A DNA stretch of 64,000 nt from Felis catus (GCF_018350175.1 NC_058383.1:9674001-9738000); one strand, 5' to 3'; counted from the stretch's first letter, positions 48,200 to 61,873 are shown. Notes: generated from the sequence alone by a model not told the origin. A program made the numbers and translations.

Positions 48200-50395
48200 A
48201 GCCTCTCCCCAGGGACATTTGCTAAATATTTTAACATCACAGCTGCATGAGGCAATGGATTACAGTTGGTGTGAACAATAGACTAACATAAGGCTTAAAA
48301 GGAAAAGGCTGAAGAGTAGGATGTCAACTGGGGGCTTTTTAGAGCTCTGATGTTCCTGTAGTCCGTGTACATGTGTTGGCTGTGTGCATGTTCAGGGAAG
48401 ACTTGAGAAGGCACTAATCTCTCACCTCTGACTGACCTCGAAGCTGTGTGCAAGCAGGACGTGAAAGTCAGGGCTGAGGTATGTACACTGCCTGGCTGGG
48501 TGCTGAAGGCATGCCCCAACACACAAACAGAACCCCTCAGCAAAGAGGGGGAGATTGATTGCTTCCAGGAGTTTAAGGAAATCTCTGTCTAATCATTAGC
48601 TGACCGCTAAGTTAACTGAGCAATGAAAGACTCCAGCAGTCACTCATGACCTAGAGTACAGACTTTGCAGAATTAGTTCAGGAAAGTCACCAAGCAGTCA
48701 CCGCATTAAGCAGCAACAGTGACAAACCCTATGACGGGGCAGGATCTCATTTCCAGGGCTGCCACATTATATTCTTTGGAATGTCCGGTTTTTGACAAAA
48801 ATTTTGAAACATACAAAGAAACCATAAGAAAATACCATGGGAGGGGGAAGCAATGGACAGAAACTGTCCCAGAAGAAGCCCAGAAGCCGGAATTACTTGA
48901 CAAATACTTTAGATCCGCTATTTTAAATATGTACAAAGGACTAAAGGAAGTCATATCTAAATGACAGTATGGAAATGGAGTCTCACACAAAGGCAATCAA
49001 TGGGGAAAGAAATTATAAAAAGATACCAAAAAGAAAGTCATAAAATTGAAAAGTGTAACTCAAACCGAAGGAAAAAAAAATCACTAGGAGGATGCAATAA
49101 CTTATTTGTGCAGGCTGAAGAAGGAATCGGTGAGCTGGAAGGTAGATCACCTGAGATATTTGAAGAAATAATGACCCCAAACATGCCATTTTGGATGAAA
49201 AAACATTCACCTCCACATACAAGAAACTCAACAAACTCCAAGTAGGGTAAATTCAAAGTGCCTCATCTGGACGCATCATAACCACAGCGTCCAAAGCCAA
49301 AGACGAGGAGAGAAAGCAAGAAAAGTGATTCATCATGTACGGGGGATCCTCAATATGATGAACAGCTGATTTCCCATTCAAAAACCAAAAACCAAAAACC
49401 AGGGAGGCCAGAAGGTGGTGGGAAGACGACCAAGAATTCTATGTTTGGTAAAAGTGTCCTTTGAAAATGAAAGAGAAATTAAGATACTCCTCAGCCTGAT
49501 AAAGGGCATCTACAAAAAACCCACAGCTAACATTATACGTAATAGTGAGAGATTGAAAGTTTTCTTCCCTAAGATCAAAATAAGGATTATTAAAATTAAG
49601 AATATAATTCCATTTATAGTAGAATCAAAAACAATAAAATACTTAGGAATAGATGTAAGCAAAGATGTGCAAGGCTTGTACACTGAGAACTATAAAACAT
49701 TGTTGAAAGAAATTACAGAAGACCCAAGTAAAGGAGAGACATCATATGCCCACGGGTCAGAAGACCCAAATAATATTGTTAACAAGGCAATACTCCCCTA
49801 ATTGATCTACAGATTCAGTACAGTCCTTACTAAAATTTCAACTGCCCTTTTGCAGAAATAGACAAGCCTAGACTAAAATTTATTTGAAAATTCTAAGGAC
49901 CCCAAATAGCTAAAACAATTTTGAAAAAGAACAAAGTGGGTGGAGTCAAACTTCCCCATTCCAAAACTTACTACAAGGCTATAGTAATCAAGATAGTGTG
50001 GTCCTGACGTAAGGACAGACATACAGGTCAGTGTCACGGAATTGGGCTTCCAGGAAGAAATCCATATATCAACGGTCAGTTTATTTTGACTAGGGTGCCA
50101 AAACCACTCAGTGGGGAAAGAAGAGTCTATTCAACAGATGGCACCAGGACAACTGGATATCCATATACAAAAGGTGAGGTTGGACCCCTACCTCACACTG
50201 TATATAAAAATGAACTCCCGGAGGATCAAAGACGTAAATGTCAGCGCTAGCCCTATAAAACAGGAGGAAACATAGTTTTTTTTTTTAAAGCCACCATGCC
50301 CTTGGCATTCCCGTCAAGGAAACTGGAACTTGTACTTTGCTGATGGGAATGTAAAATGCTAAATTCTATGATATTGAATTATATCTCTACTTAAA
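48200..50395 (+). mobile_element. Old L1 (L1MC/L1MD-like): 5' region, ORF1 relic and internally deleted ORF2
   Basis: Peptides RILCLVKVSFENEREIK (ORF1 C-terminal motif), KGIYKKPTANII and IKYLGIDVSKDVQGLYTENYKTLLKEI (ORF2). Confidence 0.85.
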
Positions 50396-51534
50396 AAGCG
50401 GGGGGGGGGGGGGGGGTTATTATAGGGAAGGAACATAAGTGCCCAAGAGTGGGAACTGGAAGATTATGCAGTCTAGTGAGAAGTTGATGATGCTCTAAGG
50501 TCCCAAGAGGATGATGCCTTTAAAAGGTGGGAAGGCCCAGGACAGGACTCATTTGGAGAGGCTGGCCTCAGGAGGAAGAGGGACACCTCCCAACATTCAG
50601 GCAACAGAGAAGAAGGAAGGTGTGCACAAGGGTGGCAATTTTAGAAAATTGGGTCTGTCTTTGGATTTGGGCCAGAAAAGATTATGCGTGACTGGGGGCA
50701 GAAGATGCCTGAAAGCATCCAATAGCTGTGGGCGAGCAGGGAACTTGGCCTTGGCTTCCGGGAAGATCATGGAATCCCGTAACAGGGTATGTGGGGTTGT
50801 TTGCCAGGGAAGCGGTCCTCTTGAGTTGTACCCAACCCTGAGTTTTGAATTGGAATATGGGGAAATCTGAGATATTCATCCCATTCCTATGGCTCAGTAA
50901 TACCAGCTACAGATGGATTTTCACACAATGACTGTTTTATGAAATCAAAGTGACTGATTAGTCAAGAACTGGATTGTATTTTACAATTACCATTTAATTT
51001 TGAACTGGGTGTGTGCCAATGCATTGATCAAAAAAAGAGAGTGAAAGGTAGAATTAATAATTATATTAAAATACCACGCCTTACTTGATTGACAGATTTT
51101 TTTTCCCCCGCAGGGTCTCACTTGGTGTCTGCGGCAACCGTGTGAAGCAAGTTTTATTATTTTCACACTCATTTTATACAAGGCAGTGGAGGCTTAGGGA
51201 GTTACTTCTCTAAGCAGCCTGAACCCAGGCCTTCTTAATCTCGCGTTCTTTCCACTATGACTCCGTGAATCAAGCAGGGTACTTTTTTGTTTATTCAAAT
51301 GCTCAGGGTATTTTGCCAAGGTGTCCTTTTCCAGAAAGTCTATTTTTATAGAATGTCTTTAATACTTGCCCATTCCAGTGATTATTTTGAATGACATTTT
51401 TTTTCTGTTAATAATACTAATGTTAATTATAGAAAATCTAGAAAAACATTTTTTTTTAAATCCCCACTCAGATAACTCCTGCGAACATTTAGTATTTCTT
51501 TCCAGGGTCTGCCTATAAATAATACTGCCTATAA

Positions 51535-51536
<2 letters not shown>

Positions 51537-51577
<41 letters not shown>
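51537..51577. repeat. (CA)n microsatellite
   Basis: About 20 perfect units. Confidence 0.95.
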
Positions 51578-51579
<2 letters not shown>

Positions 51580-52148
51580 CAGTTAACCCTTGAACAACAC
51601 AGATTCCAAATGAGCAGATTTACTTATACGTGTGGCTTTTTTGTGGTCCAGTACTGTAAATGCATTTTCTCTTCCTTAAGAGTTTCCTTAAATTTTTTAT
51701 TAGCTTATTGATTGATTGATTGATTTAGAGACAGAGAGAGAGCAGGGGAAGGGCAGAGAGAGAGGGAGAGAGAGAGTATCCCAAGCAGGCTCCACAATCA
51801 GTGCACGGAGCCCAACTTGGGGCTCAAACCCACCAACCATGAGATCACGACCTGCGCTGAAATCAAGTCGGACGCTTAACCCATTCAGCCACCCAGGCGC
51901 CCCTCTTCCTTATGAGGTTCTTGATAACACTTTCTTTCCTCTAGCTTACTTTATTGTAAGACTACAGTATCTAATACACATAACATACAAAATATGTGAT
52001 AATTGACGGGTTTTGTCATTGGTAAGGCTTCTGGTCAACAGTAGGCCATCAGCAGTTAAGTTTTTTGGGGAATCCAAAGGTATATGTGGATTTCCAATGC
52101 ACGGGGGAGTTGATGCCCTTAACCCCCTCATTGTTCAGGGGTCAATTG
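51580..52148 (+). mobile_element. Tigger2-family MITE with a SINE inside (51690-51903, -)
   Basis: TIRs cagttaacccttgaacaa (51580-51597) and ttgttcaggggtcaattg (52131-52148); SINE TSD tcttcctta(a/t)gag(t/g)ttc. Confidence 0.85.
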
Positions 52149-52782
52149 GACTTATGTTTGTTGTTTTCTTTTACAGAATTGGGCTCATACTGTAAACAGT
52201 TTTGTGCACTGCGTTTTCACTTAGTATGATGTTGTGGTGAAGGTTAGTTAGGCCCTGGAGCCAGAATGCAACACCCTGTTAGCTATATGCCCTTGTGAAG
52301 GCTGCTTGACCTTTTTGTACCTTAGTACAATGGTCCATCCTGCACACTCTCCTCTGAGCCCAGGTGATCTCTGATCTTGGGGTCAGGAACTTCTCCATGT
52401 TAGAAACATATCTGCTGTGTCTCCCATTGGCCAGGGGGTCCCTGCCTTCAGTCCCCTTCCCTGTGTCCTGTTATCCCTTGCCCTGTGACTTTCTGCAACA
52501 TCTACTCCAACCAGTGAACTCCCCAGAGGCAGCCGCCCGACAGCATGGTCTTCCCAAGACAGTCTGTGGCTATGCAAGCTTATCATCTAGGTGAACTTCC
52601 CGCGCTACGTCACTTAATCTATTTTTCCTGGATGTTGTTTGTATGGGCACATATGGTCCCACCTTTTTTGTTTTGTTTTGTTTTGTTTTCAAACTGCCAT
52701 GTGGGGGAAGGCTTTTTAAAGAATGCCATAAAACCTGTAAAGGAAAAGCTCGTCGATTTGGCTACATAAAAGTCAAAAGGGT

Positions 52783-53020
52783 TGGGGGGCCTGGGTGGCT
52801 CAGTCAGTTGAGCGTCCGACTTCGGCTCAGGTCATGATCTTGCAGTTCGTGGGTTCGAGTCTCGCGTCAGACTCTGTGCTGACAGCTCAGAGCCTGGAGC
52901 CTGCTTCAGATTCTCCCTCTCTCTCTGTCTCTGTCTCTCTCTCTCTCTGTCTCTCTGCCCCTCCCCTTCTCGTGCTCTGTCTCTCTCCCTCTCTCTCTCA
53001 AAAAGAAACATTAAAATGAA
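52783..53020 (+). mobile_element. Can-SINE (SINEC) within a short L1 fragment
   Basis: Full consensus. Confidence 0.93.
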
Positions 53021-53199
53021 AGTTTAAAAGTTAAAAGGATTCATTCAAGAAAAGATGCCATAAACAAAGTTAAAAGACAAAAGGGCGTGCGTGTTCAGCA
53101 AGGCCTTCTACGTTGCTCTGTGATCCTCTTGTGGCCTCACACCTTTCTCAGCAGCGACTGCATTGGGAACCCCCCCCCCCGCCCCCTCTCCCCGTAAGA

Positions 53200-53858
53200 T
53201 AGCGGATCACTTCCTGCGGTTCCAGGTACCCTCAGTCAACCAGTCAGAAAACAGATGATCCTCCTTCTGACGTAGCATCAGAAGGTCGCAGTGCCTGAGC
53301 CATTCACCTCATTTCATCCCGTTCCGTAAGCATCTTATCGTCTGGCATCATTACACAAAGAAGGGTGAGGGGTGCCTGGATGGCTCAGTTGGTTAAGCGT
53401 CTGACTCTGGATTTCAGCTCAGGTCGTGATCTTACTATGGCCATGGGATTGAGTGCCACGTCGTGCTCTGCACTGAGCGTGGAGCTTGCTGGGGATTCTC
53501 TCTCTCTGCCCCTCCCTTTGCTTTCTCTCTCTCTCTCTCTCTCTCTCCCCCCCCTCAAATAAATAAACATTAAAAAAAAAAAACAAGAAGGGTGAGTTCA
53601 ATACAGTCAGATATTTTGGGAGAAAGAGAGACCACACCCACGTAACTTTTCTTACAGTATATTGTTACCATTGTTCAATTTTATTGGTTATTATTACTGT
53701 GCCTAATTTATAAATTAAACTTGATCATAGGTGTGTGTATATAGGAAAAGACACTGTATATGGGATTTGGTACTCTCCACGGTTCCAGGCATCCACACAT
53801 CCCCCGGGGGTCTTGGAATGTATAAGGTCTTGGAGTGTGGATGAGGGAAAACCACTGT
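53200..53858 (+). mobile_element. MER44 with a SINE inside (53369-53584)
   Basis: tactgtgcctaatttataaattaaact...caggcatccac...gggggtcttggaa...ccactg|TA; SINE TSD AAGAAGGGTGAG at 53358-53369 and 53585-53596. Confidence 0.85.
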
Positions 53859-56803
53859 ATTTCAAACCTTCCTGCTCCCCAGAGCTCTACCGTCATCCCT
53901 CCTTCCTTGCTTGTCTTCTACTTCACCTAGAACGCCAAAGTCATGAGGGGCAACTGCTGTCCCCCCACCCCCAGGCCTCTAAATGTATTTGAACCCGAGC
54001 CCACCTGCCCCACCTCCTGCAGTTAAAATGGAACGTATCTCTCCTCCTGTCTGAAGCTGACACCACCTCTGTGCCTGGATCCCACCCCATCTTGCCTTAG
54101 TGGGACAGTTGCCCCGTTAACTACTGAGTCAGAAAACTACAAGCCAACCTGCCCGACCACTGCTCCACTCCCGCCCTGTCGAGTGCTGTGTCCTGCTGCC
54201 TTTCACCCCCTCAGCCTGTCCCACCTGTGTTCTCTCCCCTGTTTCCTTCCCACGCTGCTCAGCGTCAGGCCCCAGCATTCCGTGCCTGGACCACCGCCGC
54301 ACCCTCCCCACTGGTGAGTGCTTTCACCCTGGCCATTCTGGATGCTGTCCTCCACACGGCGGTCAGCGGTGTGCCTAAAACTGGGACCTGCTCGTGTCAC
54401 CTGACTGACACCCTGCACCGACCCCCTGCCCCCTCCGTCAGGCAGTCTCGGCTACTATAGTTTGGGGGTAAGAGCAGCGTGTGAGGAATCTTCTGGTTGG
54501 TTAGGGATGGTCTGATCATACGGGGCCCTCTCCTCCATCAACCTCATGGCCCGTCTCTCCAGATTCACCTGCCGGCTTTCCTGCATTTGACTTTGTGTCC
54601 TTGTGACATCAAGCTGCCACATACCTACCCCCGCTTCTTCCAGAAATATGCTCATCACCCTGCTTCACCACAGTGGCCACTTCCAAAAGTCTCTCAGAAC
54701 TCGGCTCAGGCATCATTGCCCCCGTGCTGACTGGTAAGTGATACCCCCCTCCTCTGGGCAATCCTAGCATCCTGCACAACCTAAGCGGTTTATTGAGCAG
54801 TGTGGTGGTCTGGCTGTGCCCCCTCCCCGGGAAGCTAGTTGGAAGTTACTTGACTGTGTAGAAGGTGGAACACATATCACCCCTTGGGGCCCAGCTTTGG
54901 GTCACAGCAGCCAATTCTGGGGCAACGGGAAATGTCCCCCTTCCTTCCTTCATAGCGCTCGCCATGATGCTGAAACTATATTAAAAGGGTCTATGACTTA
55001 CCTCCCGTCTACACCATAAGCCTCTTGAGAGCAGACGCTGTGTCTTGTTCTTCCCGTGGCCTGCCACATACCTGGTGCGGCTGAAAAGGAACTTGGCAAA
55101 CCAATGGACCGAGCTGAGTGTTTTCTTGGTCATTGCTCCGGAACAGATGGGCATCTAGACAATTTATGAAATGTCGTTAGGGTAAGTGTAAGTTCCTGTA
55201 GTTACATCCAAGAAGCAGCAGGCCTGCAGGTGTTCGGTGGGCGGCCGTGGCTCTGCAGCAATTCATGTGGAAAAGGGGGAGGGTTTTCACTGCGGAAGCC
55301 TCAGTGTGAGTGGCCAGTGTGGCGAGGCTGCTGGGGTTGTGGTCCACCATGCCTGTGTCCCGTAACCTTGCCCATTCTCACTCGTGTCTTCAGTAATTTG
55401 CCCTCCCGTCCTCTTGGCCTGGAGACATGCCTTTGTGTCCCCCAGCCTTAAAACCCTCTTCCTCAGGGTGGCCCCCCCGTTCTTTCCTTTTACACTCTTC
55501 AAAGCAGAGTTGGAACTCACCGCCTCCCCGTCCTCACCATCCTCCCCTCACCATCCAAAAACTCTCCTCCCACCTTTGCCTCTGGGACACCGCTCTGTCT
55601 CAGTTCTTCCTTCCTCTCCGGGGATAACTTCGCTCCATTGAAAAGATGGAGACCCTCCAACACAAGCATCTTCTGCATTTCTAATTTCCTCCACCATGAC
55701 ATTGACGTTGTCGGATGGGCTCCTTCCTCTCCCCGCTTCCCAGTCCCCTGATGGTGGCTCGCCTCCCCCCCTGTTCCTTTGAGCCCACCCAACCTCAGAG
55801 ACCTAACTCAACCATCAATCTCTCTTCTGCTACGAGCCTGTGCAAGTCTTCCCTGTCCTAAAACACCCCGCTGCCTTCTGGAGATTTTTCCATCCCCTTA
55901 GGAACTTCCTGTGGCTTTGCCACCAGCCTCTTCCAAAGAGAGGGCCTCCTCCCTGCCTCCCCCATGTCCCCTGGCACCTGTCGCTCAGCCTGACTTTGGC
56001 CTGACTTACCCTGCCACAGCTGCTCCCCACATGGCACCAGAGGCCTAGCCACAACCTTTCGTGCCTTCCCTGCCTCTCCCCTGCAGGGAGCTGCAGGATT
56101 CAGCCAGTTCCTCCCCCTTGTAAGGGGGTCCAGAGTCCCCATCTTCCCCTCCCGAATTCTGCACTTTCTTGGGTCTCTGCAGTGACTGTTCCACCCATTC
56201 TAGAAGGAGGCTCTCCCCATGCTCTGCCTTGGTCTTCTCTCTACTTTACACTTTCCCCATTGCCTCCAGTGAACAACGAGGCTGGGAGAGGCTGCTGACG
56301 CTTTCAGGATGGGGGAGCTCTTTGTGTTGGCTTTTGTTGTTGTTGCTTTGGCAAATGGCATGAGGGATTCCTCGGGCTGTGACAAAAAGGGTTTTAGAAG
56401 GAGATCAACAAACCACATGTTGGTTTTGGTATTTTCTGGACTTGCCACAAATATTCTCTGTCTTCACGGTCTTGTGCTTATCATCTCGACCTATTGTGTC
56501 CTCTCCTTGCTCTCAACGTCTGTAATACTTCTCTTATCCATCAAATATGGCGCTACGGTCATTTTACCACATACTGTAGCTTAGACACTTCACCGGTCCA
56601 CTCAGGCTGTCTCGAGATCAGGACTCGGCTTATTTCACATCCCCGGGAGCAGGTAACAGAGATTCTGGCTTATAGTGGGTACCAGTAAGAGCTTCCCCAG
56701 TAGCGTCAGCCAATGGGAAGAGCATGAGTTTTCGATGGTTCTGATGCTGGCTTTGCCCTCGATCCTTGCTGGTTGAGCGACCTTGGGCACATTGCTTGCC
56801 TTT

Positions 56804-57777
56804 TTAAAAAATAGTTTTGCATTGATTTTATTTTTTATTTTTTTAATCTGTTTTTTTTATTAAGTTTTTAATTTTAATTCCAGTGTGGTTGACATCCTGT
56901 GTTTTGTTGGTTTCAGGGTGTACAATATAGTGATTTAACAATCCTGTCTATTGTTCAGTGCGCAGCCTGAGAAGTGTGCTCTCGAGTCTCCTCTTCACCT
57001 GTTTCACCCATTCCCCACCCACATCCCTTTTGGCAGCCATCAGTTTGTTCTCTGTAGTTAAGAGTCTGTTTCTTGGTTTCTCTCACCCTCTCTCTCGCCT
57101 TTTTTCTTTTGCTCATTTGTTTTGTTTCTTAAATTCCACACGAGTGAAATCATGCTTGTATTTGTCTTTCTCTGAGAGACTTATTTCACTCAGCATTATA
57201 CTCTCCAGCTCCGTCCATGTCATTGCAAATGGAAAGATTTCCTTCCCTTTTATGGCTGAATAATATTCCATTATATATATATTATCACATCTTTATCCGT
57301 TCATCCACCAATGGGCACTTGGGCTGCTTCCATTGGTTGGCTATTGTAAGTGATGCTGCCATAAACATAGGGGTGCCTGTATCCCTTTGAATTAGTGCTT
57401 CTGTATTTCCCCAGGTAGATATCCAGTGGGACAATTGCTGGATCATAGGGTAGTTCTATTTTTAAGTTTTTGAGGAACCTCCATGCCATCTTCCACAATG
57501 GCTGCACCAGTTTGCATTCTCACCAACAGTGCACGAGGGTCCCTTTTTCTCCACATCCTCGCCAACACCTGTTGTTTCTTGTATTTTTTTATTTTAGCCA
57601 TTGTGACAGGTGTGAGGTGATGTGTCGCTGTGGTTTTGATTTGTATTTCCTTGATGATAAGTGATGTTGAGCATCTTTTCATGTATCTGTTGGCCAACTG
57701 GATGTCTTCTTTGGAGAAATGTCTGTTCATGTCTTCTGCCCATTTTTTTAGTTGGATGATTTGGTTTTTGGGTGTTG
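56804..57777 (-). mobile_element. 5'-truncated carnivore L1 (ORF2 C-terminus and 3' UTR)
   Basis: Minus-strand peptides [40 protein letters not shown] and [23 protein letters not shown]; frameshifted. Confidence 0.93.
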
Positions 57778-57791
57778 ACATTGCTTACATT

Positions 57792-58251
57792 AAATTTTTT
57801 TTTTTTTTTTTACTATTGATGTATAGTTGGCATACAATGTCACATTAGTTTCAGGTATACAACATAGTGGTTGGACAGTTTTATACACCCGTGCTCACCA
57901 CGAGTGTAGTCACCATGCATTATGACAGTGTTATTGACTATGTTCTCTATGCTGTACTATTTATCTCCATGACTTATTTATTTTTATAATTGGAAGTTCG
58001 CACCTCTTAATCTCCTTTGCTTATCTCTCCCATCCCCCAACCCACCTCCCCTCTGGCAACCACCAGTTTCTTCTCTTTATTTAAAGTCTGATTTGGCTCA
58101 TTTGTTTTCTTTTTTAGACTCCACATACAAGTGAAATCATATGGCATTTGTCTTTCTCTGTTTGACTTATTTCACTTAGCATTATACCTTCTAGGTCCAT
58201 CCATGTTGTCACAAATGGCAAGATTTCATTCTTTCTTCGTGTGGCTGAGTA
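57792..58251 (-). mobile_element. Second 5'-truncated L1 3' end
   Basis: Poly-T then acattagtttcaggtatacaacatagt, cctctggcaaccaccagtt, ttatttcacttagcattatacc. Confidence 0.88.
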
Positions 58252-58268
58252 GCATTGCCTATCTTTCT

Positions 58269-58494
58269 TTTTTTATATATATAAATTTTTTTTAAACGTT
58301 TATTCATTTTTTGATAGAGACAGAGCGTGAGTGGGGGAGGGGCAGAGAGAGAGAGGGAGACACAGAATCGGAAGCAGGCTCCAGGCTCTGAGCTGTCAGC
58401 ACAGAGCCCGACGCGGGGCTCAAACTCACAGACCGCAAGATCATGACCTGAGCCGAAGTCGGACACCCAACCGACTGAGCCACCCAGGTGCCCC
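58269..58494 (-). mobile_element. Can-SINE (SINEC)
   Basis: TSD cattgccta(t/c)ctttct. Confidence 0.94.
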
Positions 58495-59267
58495 AACATT
58501 GCCTACCTTTCTAATTACAGTGATTGTGGGGATGAAATGTGATAGTGGGTGCTCAGAAGATGCGGATCCCCTTCCCTTCTCAGATGGGAAGGGGCCAGAA
58601 GAAGTGGAGGGGGGTGGGCACCAGTGGGTGGGGACACTAGGACACCCAGTGAGACCAAAGCCAAACATTTTTTGCAGACCTGAGGATTTGGGGGGAAGCC
58701 ATTTGCAAGACTGCTGTAGTTTGTCATAACACAGTATCCTCCGTGAGTGATTTACAGTTTCAACCCTGGGATTGGCCAGAAGTAGGAGGACACAGAATGA
58801 CCTAAAGCAGCACATGAGGACATGTTGATGATGCGTGATGTGCCTCTGCCTGTAGACAAGTAGCCAGTCATTGGAATATTACTGCACTTGGTATGACCCC
58901 TTTGACCTTCACACTGTCCTGCCTTAGCTTACTTTCCTGCTCTTTTTTATAGGGTTTTTCCCTGCCTCCTTCCCTCCCTTGACCTCCTTCTACATGCACA
59001 AATAACACCAATACTCCAACCCTGCTATCCTCTTTCTGACTTCCTTTCCCTCAGAGTTAGCTGCAGGGGTAGGACATGCTAGGCCCTCATCCCAAGTCTG
59101 GCAGCTCTTCAGATGGATTCACACAAAGTCGTCCTGGAGCCCGGCAGGTGTTATTCCACAGCAGAATCCTTTGAAAATGAAGCCAGCCAGCAAATCCATT
59201 TGGAGTGATCCGAGGGGGTGGGGTTTTCTTTCTCTTTTTCTTTGAGATTTTTCTATAAGCATGTTTC

Positions 59268-59475
59268 TTTTTTTTTTTTTTAAGTTTATTTATTTATTTT
59301 GAGAGAGAGAGGGTAGGGGAGGGGCAGAGAGAGGGGGAAAGAGAGAATCCCAAGCAGACTCCGAAGTCTCAGAACGGATTCCCACATGGGGCTCAATCTC
59401 ATGAACCGTGATATCATGACCTGAGCCAAAACCAAGAATCAGGTGCTTAACTGACTAAGCCACCCAGGAACCCCC
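59268..59475 (-). mobile_element. Can-SINE (SINEC)
   Basis: Antisense consensus. Confidence 0.92.
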
Positions 59476-59539
59476 TTCTGCAAGGCTTTTTAGATCAATG
59501 CCATTCTTTTTAACAACAGTATAGTATTTTTTTCTTACA

Positions 59540-59791
59540 TATTCTTTTTCTTTAATTTTTTTTTAATGTTTATTTCTTTTTCTTTAATTTTTTTCTAATG
59601 TTTATTTATTTTTGAGAGACAGAGTGCGAGTTGGGCAGGGGCAGAGAGAGAGGGAGACACAGAATCCGAAGCAGGCTCCAGGCTCTGAGCCATCAGCACA
59701 GAGCCTGATGCAGGGCGTGAACCCACAAACCGTGAGATTGTGACCTGAGCCGAGGTCAGACGTTTAACCGACTGAGCCACCCACGCGCCCC
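59540..59791 (-). mobile_element. Can-SINE (SINEC) with duplicated tail
   Basis: TSD cag(t/c)atagtattttt; tail unit tctttttctttaattttttt..aatgtttattt occurs twice. Confidence 0.93.
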
Positions 59792-60303
59792 AGCATAGTA
59801 TTTTTTATAATTAAAATACCCTAGTTTGTTTCCTCCTTCTGCTGTGGTGGGAACATTTGCGTTGTTTTCGTTTTCTCCTTAGGAACAATGCTCTGGCAAA
59901 TGCCCTTGAAAATGGCTCATGGGAGCATTTCTCTGGGATAGATGTCCAGTGGTTAGAGGATATGTGTATTTATGGGTACTCAAAATTCTATTAGATCCTG
60001 CCAGACCGTCCAGTTCAAAGACCATACCGCCACAGGAAAAATGTTTTCCTCTTTGGTGCCATCATTCTATATCTCGCCCGAGAAGAGCTTCTCATTGCCT
60101 AAGTTAGAACAGCTTTTTCTGTATTTTTTTTCTAAGTTTGTAGTTTCTTTTTTTTCACTTTTGGTTCTCCAACCCCCTCCCCCGCCCGGTTGAGAACTCT
60201 TTCAGTTGTGCTGAGACCCCCTGCATTGTCTGCTTTGTTTTCCAACCTACTGTTCTATTTCACTGATCTGTGGGTCTACTCCTGTGCTACTGCTATTGTG
60301 TTT

Positions 60304-60306
<3 letters not shown>

Positions 60307-60351
<45 letters not shown>
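60307..60351. repeat. (TG)n microsatellite
   Basis: About 22 perfect units. Confidence 0.95.
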
Positions 60352-60352
<1 letters not shown>

Positions 60353-60354
60353 AT

Positions 60355-60945
60355 TTAAAAAAATTGTGGTAAAGTAGATATAAATAAAATGTGCCATCTT
60401 AACCATTTTTAGGCATGCAGTCTGGGGGCATTGATTACACCTATAATGTCCAAGAATCACCGCTGTTTCCAAAATTTTTCATCAGCCCAAACAAACTGTG
60501 CACCCATTACACAATGGTTCCTTCCCGCCCTCTAACCCCACCCCCTGGTAACATCTAGTCTACTTCTGTCTTTGTGAATTTGCATATTCTAGAAATTTCA
60601 TGTAAGTGGGACCATACAACAGCTGTCCTTTTGTGCCTGGCTTTTTTCACTTAGCATAATGTTTTCAAGATTCATCCATGCTGAATCACGTATAAGAATT
60701 TCATTTCTTTTTGTAGCTGAGTTATATTCCATTTTTTTGCATATCCATTCATCTGTCGACGGACACCTGGGCTGGTTCCATCTTTCGGCTGTCATGAATG
60801 ATGCTGCTGTGAACATTGGCTCACAAGTACCTGTTTGAGTCCCTGTCTTCTGTTCTCTTGGCCACAAAACTAGGGGTGGAGCTCTGGGTCATACAATAAT
60901 TATGCTTAACTCTTTGAGGAGCCACTAAACTCTTCTCCACAGGGG
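60355..60945 (-). mobile_element. L1MB-like 3' end
   Basis: aaattgtggtaaag...ccatcttaaccatttttag, ttcacttagcataatgttttcaagattcatccatg. Confidence 0.88.
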
Positions 60946-61643
60946 CCCCAGAAGAGATATTACATCTCCTTCACTGCTGCCTGAGACTGCTCCAGACGAT
61001 ACTAGATTTTGCTCTTACCCCAATTTTGCATTCCCCTCCCCACATCCTCCCCCTCCCCTGGAGCCGAGCACAGAAGCTGGCTCGTGGTGGTAGCAGGTGA
61101 AGGGTGGTCTGGCAGGGTGGGCGGATGGACAGATGAACTGCAGACCACTGGGTGATCGAGCTTCTCCCTGTGTAATGGGACAGCAAGAGGGAGGATGATG
61201 CTGTGGAAAGAGCCTGCGGCTGTATTTGGTGAATGACTCTGAAAAGAGACGTTTCTGTTTCTTAGATGAGCCCTTAGTTTCTCTGGGTCCCGTTTAGCTC
61301 ATCTGTGAAGGGCGATTGCATGCCTACCCCACGGGATGTTGACACATAAGATACGGGCACAAAAGCCCTTGGGTAGAGCCAGAGGCAGCCGCCTGCATGA
61401 GAGATTCCCTGCATGAGAGTTCCCCATGCGCCCCACCACTCAGAATAGTGCCAGGCACGTGGGTTAAGTGATTTCCTGCACGCGGTCATTCATACGTTCA
61501 GCTGCTGGTACCTGAGTGCCTGCTCTGTGCCAGGCGCTGTTCTGAATGCTGGGATTCGGCTGCAAACAAGAGACAAAAAAGCCGTGGCCTCATCAGTCAT
61601 TGTGGTCCAAGAGTGCATCCCAAGAGTCCTCACTCCCTATTCC

Positions 61644-61873
61644 TTTTTTTTTTTTTAATGTTTATTTATTTATTTTGAGAGAGAGAGAGTGTGAGCGTTG
61701 GTGGGAGGTGGGGGGTGTACAGAGAGAGAGAGACAGACAGACAGAATCCCAAGCAGGCTCCACGCCGGCAGCGCAGAGCCCGATGCGGGGCTCGATCTCA
61801 CATACCGGGAGATCATGACCTGAGCCAAAATCGAGAGTTGGACATTTAACCGACTGAGTCACCCAGGTGCCCC
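61644..61873 (-). mobile_element. Can-SINE (SINEC)
   Basis: Antisense consensus. Confidence 0.92.

Noticed and set aside
57301..57781. L1 ORF2-like ORFs
   Set aside because: Frameshifted C-terminal fragments of a 5'-truncated L1; not functional.
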